Shown in pieces: positions 1 to 12,000 of a stretch of 64,000 nucleotides of DNA (positions are counted from its first letter, which is position 1; each line of letters starts with the position of its first letter). The notes under the pieces are model-generated. The model saw nothing but the letters and a program-made list of their open reading frames with translations, searched no databases and was not told the DNA's origin. The position numbers and the translations under genes are program-made. The stretch comes from Squalus acanthias (lineage: Eukaryota), in contig CM059431.1 of the NCBI GenBank assembly GCA_030390025.1, positions 151,778,001 to 151,842,000 of the forward strand. The letters are read 5' to 3'.

Positions 1-1886
1 ATATGAGAGAAACTAGCAAGAAATATAAAAGCAGATTGTAAGAGCTTCTACAAGTATATAAAAAGGAAGAAAGTGGCAAAAGTAAACGTTGGTCTCTTAG
101 AGGCTTAGAAAGGAGAAATTATTATGGGGAATAAGGAAATGGCGGAAACGTTAAACAAATATTTTGTATCTGTCTTCACAGTAGAAGACACAAAAAGCGT
201 AACAAAGATGGTGGGGAATCAAGGGTCAAATGAGGGAGAGGAACTTAACGTAATTAATAAAAGTAGAGAATAATTACGTGTGAAACTAATGATACTAAAA
301 GCTAATAAATCCCTTGGACCTGACGGCCGACATCCTAGGGTTCTTAAAAAGGTGGCTGAAGAGATAGTGGAGGCATTCGTTTTGATCCTTCAAAATTCCC
401 TAGATTCTAGAATGGTCCCAGCTGATTGGAAGGTCGCAAGTGTAATACCGCTATTCAAGAGAGGAGTGAGAGAAAAAACAGGGAACTACAGGCCAGTTAG
501 CCTGACGTGAGTCGTCGGGAAAATGCTGGAATCCATTGTTAAGGAAGTGGTATCAGGGCACTTAGAAAATCATAACATGATTAGGCAGAGTCAACTTGGT
601 TTTTTGAAAGGGAAATCGTTTTTGACAAATTTATTAGAGTTTTTTGAGGATGTAACTAGCATGGCAGATAACGGGGAATCAGTGGATGCAGTATATTTGT
701 ATTTCGAAAAGGCATTCGATAACATGCCACATAAAAGGTTATTGCACAAGATTAGGATCATGGGGTTGGGGATCATATAATAGCATGGATAGAGGATTTG
801 TTAATGGGCAGAAAACAGAGAGTAGGGATAAATGGGTCTTTTTCAGGTTGGCAGCCTGTAACTAGTGGGGTGCCGCAAGGAGCAGTGTTGGGGCCTCAGC
901 TATTCACAATCTATATTAATGACCTAGATGAAGGGACCGAGTGTAATGTATCCAAGTTTGCTGATGATACAAAGCTTGGTGGGACAGTAAGCTGTGAGGA
1001 GATCACAAAGAGTCTGCAAAGGGATATAGATAGACTAAGTGAGTGGGGAGTAAGGTGGCAGATGGAGTATAATGTACGGAAATGTGAGGCTATTCACTTC
1101 GGTAGGTAGAATAGAAAAACAGAATATTTTTAAACTGGGGATAAATTTTCAAATGTTGGTGTTCATAGAGATTTGGGTGCCTTCGTGCAAGAAACACAGA
1201 GTGTTAGCATGCAGGGACAGCAAGCATTAAGGACGTCAAATGGCATGTTGGCCTTTATTGCAAGGGGGTTGGAGTATAAGAGAAAGGAAGGCTTGCTACA
1301 ATTGTACAGGGCCTTGGGGAGACCACACCTGGAGTACTGTGCACAGTTTTGGTCTCCTTATCTAAGGAAGGATATACTTGCCTTACGGCGGTGCAACGAG
1401 GTTTCACTGGATTGATTCCTGGGATGAGAGGAGTGTCCTAAGATGAGAGATTGTGTAGAATGTGCCTATACTCTATGGAGTTTAGAAGAATGAGAGGTGA
1501 TCTTATTGAAACGTACACGATTCGGACGGGGATTGACAGGGTAGATGCTAAGAGGATGTTTCCCCTTGCTGGAGTATCTAGAACTAGGGGCTATAGTCTC
1601 AGGATAAGGGGTAGGCCATTTAAGACTGAGATGGGGAGGAATTTCTTCACTCAGAGGGTTGTGAATCTTTGGAATTCTCTGCCCCAGAAGGCTTTGGATG
1701 CTGAGTCTTTGAGTATATTCAGGGCTGAGAGAGATTGATTTTTGGACTCTAGGGGAATCAAGGGATATGGCGATCGGGCGGGAAAGTGGAGTTGAGTTCG
1801 ATGATGAGCGATGATCTTATTGAATGGTGGAGCAGGCTCGAGGGGCCGTATGGCCTACTCCTGCTCTTATTCCTTATGTTCTTATG
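1..1886 (+). mobile_element. CR1-clade LINE, 3' part of ORF2 (reverse transcriptase) plus 3' UTR, degraded; continues left of the window
   Basis: Broken ORFs carry KSLGPDG, NYRPVSLT, FEKAFD, GVPQGAVLGP, FADD, RPHLEYC and RMRGDLIE motifs, with stops and frameshifts. Ends in the CR1-type hairpin GGCC..GGCCTACTCCTGCTC and tail TTATGTTCTTATG at ~1874-1886. Confidence 0.95.
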
Positions 1887-2534
1887 GTATTCCCGGTGTA
1901 TGGTGTTGACACAATACTTAGCTTTTCCTCGGTACGCACACTGTACGGGGAAAAGCTTTCCTACAACTATTTTCATGGTGCGGTTCCATTGTATCCCATC
2001 CCAATCAAATCCGCACGCATGTGCTGCGTGTTCTAACAAGTCATAAGGGCAGATGAATGTATCCCGAGCTTGAGCGCACCCGGTTAGATCTGGAGCCACC
2101 CATGTGGTCACATCCACTCTGGTCACCTACTACGACGGTTCGTCACACCTTATTAAGTCGTCACCCTGTCGTACTGCTATATTCTCCACGGGGAATAGAG
2201 GATTTGGGTTTGCCTTCTCATGCAGAATGGGATAATACAATACCGTCCCTAATAAGGTGATGTCCTCCTGTTCCTGCAAATGGCGGTAATGTTTCATGGT
2301 ACACCTGTACCAACCCACTGACTTTACACATATTCATGGTAAATTGAGAAGTGGACATTGCCCTCAGCTGTCGATCAGTCATCCACAAGAGGAGTTCCCC
2401 TCAGCAGTGCTCTGCAGGTTTTCACGGGCTTCTACCACGAACCAAGATCCATACATTACACAAACATCATTTCGTGCGGCCTCACGAGAGGCATTCAGAT
2501 TCTCCTTTAAAATTTGGTTTATCTTTTAAGCTTT

Positions 2535-3076
2535 TACAAGGCCTTTCGGCCTATTGTGCCTGTGCCAGCTCTTTAAAAAGAGCTATCCGATTAGTCCCAC
2601 TCCCCTGTCCTTTCCCCGTAGCCCTGTAAAATGTTCCCCTTCAAGTATTTATCTAATCCCATTTTGAAAGTTACTATTGATTCTGTTTCCACCACCCTTT
2701 CAGGCAGTGCATTCCCGATCATAACAACTCACTGCACACAAAAAGTTCTGCTCATCTCGCTGCTGGTTGTTTAGCCAATCACCTTCAGTCTGTGTCCTCT
2801 GGTTACCGAGCCTCCTGCTACTGGAAAGTGTTTCTCCTTCTTTAGTCTATCAAAACTCTTCTTCATTTTAAAAACCTGACTGTATATTTTAAACTTCTCT
2901 GCTCGAAGGAGAGCAACCCCAATTTCTCTCCTCTCCCCCCGTAACTGAAGTCCCTCATCCCTGGAACCATTCCAGTAAATCTCCTCTGTATCCGACATCC
3001 TTCCTAAAGTGTGGTGCCCAGATTGGACACAATACTCCAGTTGGGGCCTAAGCAGTATTTTATAAAGGTCTAGCAT
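2535..3076 (-). mobile_element. CR1 LINE 3' fragment
   Basis: Minus ORF 2771..3076 has LYKILLRPQLEYCVQ and TRGHRLK. Reverse-complement CR1 3' UTR with GGCC hairpin near 2540. Confidence 0.85.
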
Positions 3077-3513
3077 TACTACAAGAGGCCTCTGCTAAGA
3101 AAGACAACGATCTAATCGGCTCTTTTCCCATTTTCGCACATAGTTGCTTTTGAAGCCTTGCTTGCATTCCCACCCCCTCCACCCCTGTCCGTGTTCAGTC
3201 TCGCTCACCGGTTCCCAGTGCGTGCATTTGCCAAGATTTCCTAATGGGTCTGCGACTGACAAGTTGTGCCCATCTTTGCCCTCTCCTTAAAGTAGCAGTT
3301 AGCTCACGATTATCCATTTTTACTTTCACTCACGCACACCCATAAAACATAAAACATTAAAGAGCGTGCAGATAGTGATGCTGGGGCAGGGCATTGGTGA
3401 AGTGTGGGTGTGAGAGAAATGCGCTGTACAGACGGGAGCAGTACAGAAGGATGTGAACGATGTAATGTTGAATGTCAGTCAGTGAACGTCGCTGTGATAG
3501 CTTACAGTCATGA

Positions 3514-3586
3514 TACCGGGTGGTTCAGTCAGTCGGGCGTCCAACTTTTAGTCTGAGGGTTCAGGGTTCAAGTCCCTGGTCGGGCG
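3514..3586 (+). pseudogene. tRNA-Lys(UUU) pseudogene
   Basis: 73 nt colinear with vertebrate tRNA-Lys-TTT (CTTTTA anticodon loop, GGTTCAAGTCCC T-arm, 3' CGGGCG), followed by TTTTT at 3591-3595. Acceptor and anticodon stems are mismatched (TACCGGG; TCCAA/TCTGA). Confidence 0.85.
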
Positions 3587-3986
3587 CTGATTTTTACAGT
3601 GAAGACAAAACCTAAATTTACACTTGAAAGCAGTGACATTAGAAAATACCCCATCAAAAGAATCATACGTTTACTTGCAACGGTTCAACATAGAGTAAGT
3701 AAATACTAGAAAATGTAATACATTTTAGAATTCAGGTGTTGTGACAAACATGCAACACATATTAAGAAGTTTTATTGAGACAACAGGGAAGAGCAGCTTG
3801 AAACGCTCGTGTTTCATGGAGCTGCATGAACATAGGAATTGATCATTTCGAAACTACCGCTCAATGTATCTTAAAGCACCGCCACTGAGACAAATCTTTC
3901 AAATACGTTAATGAGATCAGCATGAACGGTTTGTGCTTCATGGGGTTGCCTGAAAGATGGAATTGAGAATTTTTATTTAAAAGCAG

Positions 3987-4058
3987 CGTTCGTACAGGAA
4001 CTTGAACCCTGAACCTTAGATTAAAAGCCTGATGATTCACCGACTGTGCTATCTGGGT
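3987..4058 (-). pseudogene. tRNA-Lys(UUU) pseudogene
   Basis: Reverse complement reads ACCCAGATAGCACAGTCGGTGAATCATCAGGCTTTTAATCTAAGGTTCAGGGTTCAAGTTCCTGTACGAACG: tRNA-Lys-TTT with substitutions and a 1-nt deletion, followed by CTGCTTTT. Confidence 0.85.
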
Positions 4059-4109
4059 TCGCGCCTTTTATTTATAACAAATCGACTTTCATTAGGTCTC
4101 AACTCGCTT

Positions 4110-5897
4110 GGCAGAGCTCAAATAGTTGTGTGGCAATATGATGTTGTGGCAATAGTGGAAACGTGGCTTAACATCGGCGAGGACAGGCCACTTAGCGTTG
4201 AAGGGTACACGGTGTTCAGAAAAGCTAGGGAAGGAAAAAAGGGAGGTGGAGTGGCAGCGCTGATTAAGGAAGACATTGTAGTGGTGGAAAGGGAGGATGT
4301 TCTTGAGGCGACAAGGACATAATCCATTTGGTTAGAGTTGAGTATCACGCTATTGAGGGTATTCTACAGGCCTCCAAACAGTCAGAGGGTGGTAGAGAAG
4401 CAAATCTGCAGGGAAATCGCAGAGATATGCAAGAGCTATAGAGTGGTGATATTGAGCGACTTTAATTACCCAAATATAGATTGGAATAATGCTACGGTAA
4501 AGGGAAAGGTGGGGGAGGAATTTCTGAAATGTATTCAGGAAATTTTCCTTGACCAGTATGTTTTTGGCCCAACTAGGGATGAGGCATTGCTGGATCTGGT
4601 GCTGGGGAATGAGATGGGCCAGGTCGACCAAGTCTCTATAGGAGAAGACTTGGGTCCGAGGGATTATCATATCATAAGATTTAGATTAACAATTGAAAGG
4701 AGCAAAGGACAATCTGGAGTGGAACGTCTAAACGGGAATAGGGCTAACTTAAATGAGATGCGAAAAGTTCTAGCCAGGGTAAGACTGACAGGAAAAACTA
4801 TAAGGGAACAATGGGTTATCTTTGAGGAGGAGATATTCCAAGTACAGGCTAGGTAGATTCCAACAAGAGGGAAGGGTAAGGCAAACAAAGCAAAGACTCC
4901 TTGGATGACGAGGGAGATGGAGAAGATGATGAAACAAAAAAAGAGGACTTATGATGCATGTCAGCTGAATTCTTCAAGGGAGAACGAGACCAAATACAGT
5001 AAGTTGAGAGGGGAAGTGAAGATGAAAATAAGATTGGCAAAGAGAGAATATGAGCGTAGAATGGCGGTTAACATAAAAGGGAACCCAAAAATCTTCTAAT
5101 GGCATGTAAAGAGTAAGAGTCAGAGGTGGGATGGGGCCTATTCAAGAGAAAGAAGGCGATATATGCTTAGTGGCGCAGGACAAGGCTAGAATAATCAGTG
5201 AGTACTTTGTATCGGTGTTTTCTAAAGAGGTTGATGCTGACACAATATTGGTAGAAGTGGTAACGTTATAAGCAATGGAAGGAGTGCGAATTAATCGACG
5301 GGATGTACTGGAAAGGCTGCCTATACTTAGAGTGGACAAGTCGCCTGGTCCAGATGGCTTGCATCCCAGGTTGCTAAGGGAATTTGGGGAGGAGATAGAA
5401 GAAGGGCTTGCCATAATTTTCGAGTGTTCCCTAGATGCGGAGAGGTGCCCGAGGATTGGAAAGTGGCAAATGTGACACCATTGTTCAAGAAAGCGTGTAA
5501 GGACAATCCTAGTTACAACAGGCCAGTGAACTGAACATCAGTGGTGGGAATTTTTTTAGAAACAATAATGAAGGAAAAAATTAACAGGCACTTTAAGAAA
5601 GGTTTAAGCTAATTAAGGAGAGCCAACATGGATTTGTAAAAGGCTGAAGGTGTTTTACTAATCGAATTGAATTTTTAAATGAAGTAACAGAGAGGATTGA
5701 TGATTGAATGCAATGGATGTTGTCGACATAGATTTTAGGAAGGCGTTTGACAAAGTGCCAGAATGGTTCCGGGAATGGGGGATCTTATCCACAAGGATTT
5801 GTTGGAGAAGCAGTATTTTTTTTCATTAGTGCAAAGGAGGTTGAGGGGTGATTTGACAGAAACGTTCACGATTATGACGGGTTTGGATAGGCTAGAA
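4110..5897 (+). mobile_element. Degraded CR1 LINE ORF2 (APE endonuclease, linker, start of RT) joined to a C-terminal CR1 fragment
   Basis: APE motifs YDVVAIVETWL, GGGVAAL, YRPPN, DFNYPNIDW, PTRDEALLDLVL; then KSPGPDGLHP and FRKAFDKVP. At ~5760 it jumps to RMVPG...RRLRGDL, so the RT core is missing. Confidence 0.9.
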
Positions 5898-6087
5898 ACG
5901 ATTATGTACAACCGGGGAAAGCAGCAGACATCAAACACCCGGCAGAAAATGGAAGAAATGTTTCCTGATACCTGTTCATTTTCGCAACAATAATCTGGTT
6001 TTCGTCCCAACTGAAAGAAGGCCATTCTAAAACGGAACACGATCTGCAATTAAGCTCTAGTTAGGATCGGAACCTCTGGTTTGATCT

Positions 6088-6989
6088 TCATATTTTGTTA
6101 ACCAAGTTCCGAAACAATACCCAGGGAGATTTCACTAATCTCACCAGCTCTTCCCTGAATCTGGTTTGGGTTGATGCATAAATGCACGTGTTTGTACAGG
6201 AGCTCAAATACATGAGCATAAATCCGGTTACAGAGGCGATGTATGCAGGAGAGGTATAATCGCTTCGGTCAAAAATGACCAGGGAGTTAATTGAATAACT
6301 AACGATAGATGTCAGCCACAAGACTATAAAACTGCCCGTTACACTGAACAGTAAAATGATGGATTTCCTCCGGTTCGCCATCTCAGGATCGCTCTGATTC
6401 TCACTGCAGTGACCCCGGAGTCTCCTGCGGGCTCTACTGGCCACTAAAATACGTCTGACTGTCAAACAATTAAACAGAAATATGAAAGCGATAGGAAGCC
6501 GTATACTTAAAAAACTTTCTAACCAGATGAATGCTGTACCAACAGACGTGGTAAAAAAGCCCATTTTCAAGCGGCAACCCCAGTTAATATTGTTAATTAT
6601 TCGTTCAGTTTCATATGCAAACGAATAGGGGATATTGTCTAAACAGAGCAGAACAGAGACCGTTGTTATGACGGCGGCGGCAGTTCTGACTGTGCAATAT
6701 TTCGTTTTAAACTTCTCACAACTTATCGCGACATAGCGGTCGAATGTGAAGGTGACGGTAAACCACACGGACATGTCGAGGGCAGCAGCATTCAAGTATA
6801 TAAGTAACCTACAGATGGCAGTGTAGCCGAGGAATGAATGTGGAAAGTGATATGTAAAAACGCGATACAGCAGCACATTGACGATCATGACCAGTAGATC
6901 TGCTGTTGCCATGGCCACCATGTAGACAGAGATACATTTGGATAGACCACATTTTCCTCCGGAGAGAATCACGATTGTCAGTAGGTTTG
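6088..6989 (-). CDS. GPR139/GPR142-like class A GPCR copy A, coding exon 2 (join 8552..8621, 6088..6989; 323 aa, intact)
   Basis: Hydrophobic TM segments with ANLLTIVILS, ATADLL, TFDRY, DPEMANRRKSIILL, SCTNTCIY. Acceptor tctttcttacag ends at 6990, and a phase-1 join with exon 1 restores GIP-A-NLL. Confidence 0.93.
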
Positions 6990-7228
6990 CTGTAAGAAAG
7001 AGCGACAAGCGGTCAGTAACGGGCACTCGGATAAATCTCACACCATATTGTGGGGAAATGTGCAGATGTGTCCCTGTGCAGGCGGATTTTTAATTATATA
7101 GGCGAGCGTTAACAAAGAGCAGTTTTTAAAACAAACATTGAACTCTCAGTATGGAGGGACTGAAAATCCGCCGCCCTTCCCTGCAGACTTCAGACCGCCA
7201 TCGCCAAATATCAAATTACTGCAAAGAT

Positions 7229-7977
7229 ATGGGGCCGAAAATTGATCCCGGGACGCGAGAGTACGCACTGCATACTCTCGCCTATTCCCACTCCAATTGC
7301 CGGTTTTCTGCATGCCCTGCGCATGCGCTGAAAACCGGCAATTGCTCTTCCGAAAAGGGGGCGGGGCCTGAGTGCATCGCGTGCGCGCTACAGGCTGCGC
7401 GCACGCTGTGCACTTCATGCTTTGGACGCGCAGGTAAGTAGGGAAGATTTTGGAAATGTAAAAAGGAGGAGTAAGACCCGCTTTTAAGAAGGTAAGTAGT
7501 GAATTAAGTATTTTTTTGAATTTTTTTTTACAGGTATATCTTTTTTATAGACTTTAAAGACAGGTAAGTTTATTTTTATAACTTTTTAAAAGATTTTAAA
7601 TTTTTTCAAAAATTTAATTTTTTATTTAAAATGGTTAATTTAATTAACTATACTTATTTTATTAATGTGATGGTTTTTTTTTAAAATTTAATTGAGGTTT
7701 AGCTGTTATTTTGGGGGGGTGTAAGATTCATAAGTCTCTCAGCCATGCTGTGAGACTTATGAATGGAAGATGGTGTGCTGCCATTGGATCTAACTGAGTC
7801 ACGTGATCCCACAGCTCGCACGAATTAACTACGCCGCTGGGATACGCAAGCCCAGCACAGCTGATGTCTGGAACATCAATTTCGTGCGAGCTGGATCAGA
7901 AAAAGCATAAGCGAGGTGAGACATCGCGGGAAAGGCTTACCCCCGCGGGAACAGAGCGAGATCAATTTCTGGGCCAT
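7229..7977. mobile_element. Probable MITE / non-autonomous DNA transposon in the copy A intron
   Basis: Imperfect terminal inverted repeats ATGGGGCCGAAAATTGATCCCG (7229) and CGAGATCAATTTCTGGGCCAT (7957-7977), CpG-rich ends, AT-rich centre; absent from the introns of copies B and C. Confidence 0.5.
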
Positions 7978-8551
7978 GAATTCGAACGAAGCAATCAGTT
8001 GCGAGAACATAATTGAATTTAGGTCGAAACTCTGCGCTTTTTATATGCACAATCGCCCTGGGAGGGTGAGGGAGCTGCTCGGTAACAGAGTGGGAGTTGG
8101 TGGAGACGCGAATGTTCTTTGCAGCCGAGGGGAGTGGAGCAGCTCCTGAGCGGCAATTATTGCTGAAAGTATCTTTCAAAGTCCCCTGTTGGGTGGAGGT
8201 GGCTGCAGTCCGAGCGATTATCAACGTAAAATAAGCAGGGTACAAGTGTACAACTGATGTGATTACTATCCACAGGAAGCAACACATCCTGCAGTGATCT
8301 CTATACTGTTGGAGGGGCCGGGAAATGTCAGCTTCGCCCTCCCTCAGTACAGGGAGGAAAGCCGAGCGCCCAGCACCCACGACTACCGACCAGCCTCACC
8401 AGCATAGTGGACTGGTTGGATTCCCAATGAAATTCAGCAACTTATCCCGATGGATAATTGACTCTGCAATGAGGACATTCTGAGAATCATCACATTATCA
8501 TTAACACTGAGATAGTCAACAGCCATTCGACAACAGGATTCACAGACTTAC

Positions 8552-8621
8552 CGGGAATGCCAAAGGCTGCGAGAGCAGGATAGTAAATGATGTACACCAT
8601 TTGAATTGTTGGCAGTAACAT
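8552..8621 (-). CDS. GPR139-like GPCR copy A, coding exon 1 (MLLPTIQMVYIIYYPALAAFGIP)
   Basis: 70-nt exon ending in G|gtaagt donor at 8552/8551, the same length as exon 1 of copies B and C. In-frame upstream ATGs at 8678 and 8687 lie at or above the predicted TSS. Confidence 0.88.
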
Positions 8622-8699
8622 TTTTATCAAGAATATGTGACTTTTGTCCGGCAGTATGGTTAGCGTCAGAGTATACATGCGATCCATAAACACTCTCCA

Positions 8700-8750
8700 T
8701 TTATAGAAAGCTCGGTTCCCCGGTGACAATATTAGTCACACGACAATTGG
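8700..8750 (-). promoter_or_regulatory. TATA box (TATAAA 8705-8700) and CCAAT (8750-8746) of GPCR copy A
   Basis: Motifs seen ~80 and ~125 bp upstream of the ATG; TATA position is conserved in copy B. Confidence 0.6.
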
Positions 8751-9028
8751 CGTTAGTTACAGTCACTTAACCAACATGGCAAGATTTTCCGCTTCAGTGT
8801 GCCTGGGACAACAAAGGTTACGTTTTACAACTCAGTTCATGAAATTCCATTAATTCAAATTAATGAACGGGAACTCATAGCAGATGGAGTGTACTGGGAA
8901 CAAGCACCGTGACACCCAAAGGGCACTTCCCACACGGGCACTGCTTTCGATTACTTGAACCTCGTAATGATTCGTGAAATCTTAACTCATTCATTAGGAA
9001 GTTAAATTTAGGTTTGCTCCATGATGAT

Positions 9029-12000
9029 AAATGGAGGTGACCCTACTCTAACCTTACTGGTGGTGAGGCTACTCTTACATTACTGGTGGTGATTCTACAC
9101 TAACATTACTGGAGGCGACCAAAGTCTAACATTACTGGTGGTGACTCGACTCTCAGATTACTGCTGGTGACTCTAGACTAACATTACTGGTGGTAACCCA
9201 CTCTAAACTTACTGGTGGTGGCTCAGCTCTAACATTACTGATGGTGACTTTACTCGAACATAAATCGTGGTTACTCTACACCAACATTACTGGTGGTGAC
9301 CCTACTCTAACTTTAGTGGTGGTGACCATACTCTAACATTACTGGTGGTGACTCTACTTAAACATTACTGGTGGTGACTCTACTCTCAAATTACTGGAGG
9401 TGACCCTACTCTAACATTACTGGTGTTGAATCTACTCTAACATTACTGGTGGTGTGTCGACATTAACATTACTGGTGGTGACTCTACTCTAACATTTCTG
9501 GTGGTGAATCTACTCTAACATTACTGGTGGTGACCTTACGCTAACATTACTGGTGGTCACCCTACTCTAACATTAATTGTGGTGACCCTAATCTAACATT
9601 ACTGGTGGTGACTCTACTCTAACATTACTGGTGGTGATTCTACTCTAACATTACTGTTGGTGACCCTCCCCTAACATTACTGGTTGTGACTCTAGTCCAA
9701 CGTTACTGCTGGTGACTCTACTCTAACATTACTGGTGGTGAGTCTACTCTAACATTACTGGTGGTGACTCTACTCCAACATTACTTGTGATGACGCTACT
9801 CCAACATAACTGGTGGTGACCCTACTCTAACATTACTGTTGGTGTTTCTACTCTAACATTAATGGTGGTGAGTCTACTCTCACATTACTGGTGGTGACTA
9901 TACTCTAACATTACTGGTGGAGACCCCACTCCAAACCTACTGGTGGTGGCTCTACTCTAACCTTACTGATGGTGACTTTACTCGAACATTAATCGTGGTG
10001 ACTCTACACCAACATTACTGGTGGTGACACTACTCTAACCTTCGTGGTGGTGACCATACTCTAACATTACTGCTGGTGACTCTACTTAAACATTACTGGT
10101 GGTGACTCTAATCTAACATTACTGGTGGTGACCTTACTCAGACATTACTGGTGGTCACCCTACTCTAACATTAATGGTGGTGACCCTAATCTAACATTAC
10201 TGGTGGTGACTCTACTCTAACATTACTGGTGGTGATTCTACTCTAACATTACTGTTGGTGACCCTCCCCTAACATTACTGGTTGTGACTCTAGTCCAACG
10301 TTACTGCTGGTGACTCTACTCTAACATTACTGGTGGTGAGTCTACTCTAACATTACTGGTGGTGACCCTACTCTATCATTACTGGTGGTGACTCTACTCT
10401 AACATTACTGGTGGTGACTCTACTCTAACATTACTTGTGGTGAATCCACTCCAACATTACTGGTGGTGACCCTACTCTAACATTACTGTTGGTGACTCTA
10501 CTCTAACATTACTGGGGGTGACTCTACTCTTACATTACTGGTGGTGACTCTACTCTAACATTACTGGTGGTGTATCTATTCTAACATTACTGATGGTGAC
10601 TCTACTCCAACGTTACAGGTGGTGATCCTACTTCAACATTACTGGTGGTGACCCCACTCTTTACTTACTGGTGGTGGCTCTACCCTAACCTTACTGATGG
10701 TGACTTTACTCGAACATTAATCGTGGTGACTCTACACCAACATTACTGGTGGTGACCCTACTCTAACCTTAGTGGTGGTGACCATACACTAACATAACTG
10801 GTGGTGACTCTACTTAAACATTACTGGTGGTGACTCTACTCTCAAATTACTGGTGGTGACCCGACTCTAACATTACTGGTGGTGAATCTACTCTAACATT
10901 ACTGGTGGTGTGTCTACACTAACGTTATCGGTGGTGACCCAACTCTAACATTACTGGTGGTGACTCAACTCTAACATTACTGGTAGTGACTCTACTCTAA
11001 CATTACTGGTGGTGACTCTACTCTAACATTACTGGTGGTGAATCTACTCTAACATTACTGGTGGTGTGTCTACACTAACGTTACTGGTGGTGACCCAACT
11101 CTAACATTACTGGTGGTGACTCAACTCTAACATTACTGGTAGTGACTCTACTCTAACATTACTGGTGGTGTCTCTAGTCTAACATTACTGGTTGTGACTC
11201 TACTCTAACATTACTGTTGTTGACCCTACTCTAACATTACTGGTTGTGACTCTACTCCAACGTTACTGGTGGTGACCCTACTCTAACATTACTGGTGGTG
11301 ACTCTACTGGAACATTACTTGTGGTGACTCTACTCTAACATTAATGGTGGTGAGTCTACTCTAACATTACTGGTGGTGAGTCTACTCTAACATTATTTGT
11401 GGTGAGTCTACTCTAACATTACTGGTGGTGACTCTACTCTAACATTACTGGTGTTGACAACAGTCTAACATTACTGGTGGTGAGTCTACTCTAACATTAC
11501 TGGTGGTGTGTCGACTCTAACATTATTGTTGGTGACCCTACTCTAACATTACTGGTGGTGACCCTACTCTAACATTACTGCTTGTGGCTCTACTCCAACG
11601 TTATTGGTAGTTACTCTACTCCAACATTACTGTTGGTGACTCTACTCTAACATTACTGTTGGTGACTCTACTCTAACATTACTGGTGGTGAGTCTACTCT
11701 AACATTACTGGTGGTGAGTCTACTCTAACATTACTGGTGGTGACTCTACTCCAACATTACTTGTGATGACGCTACTCCAACATAACTGGTGGTGACCCTA
11801 CTCTAACATTACTGTTGGTGTTTCTACTCTAACATTAATGGTGGTGAGTCTACTCTCACATTACTGGTGGTGACTATACTCTAACATTACTGGTGGAGAC
11901 CCCACTCCAAACCTACTGGTGGTGGCTCTACTCTAACCTTACTGATGGTGACTTTACTCGAACATTAATCGTGGTGACTCTACACCAACATTAGTGGTGG

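Noticed and set aside
1887..2530. Overlapping 60-120 aa ORFs after the first CR1
   Set aside because: No recognisable domain or splice pattern; left unannotated.
3514..4058. Functional tRNA-Lys genes
   Set aside because: Acceptor and anticodon or D stems are disrupted in both copies, so they are reported as pseudogenes.
6990..7041. N-terminal extension MRFIRVPVTDRLSLFLT of ORF 6088..7041
   Set aside because: It is intron (polypyrimidine tract plus AG); the true N-terminus comes from exon 1 at 8552-8621.
7146..8380. Short ORFs within the copy A intron, and similar ones at 28730-29048, 29206-29620 and 55720-56194
   Set aside because: They overlap MITE, intron or promoter sequence or are antisense to exon 1; similarity between copies reflects DNA duplication, with no protein motifs.
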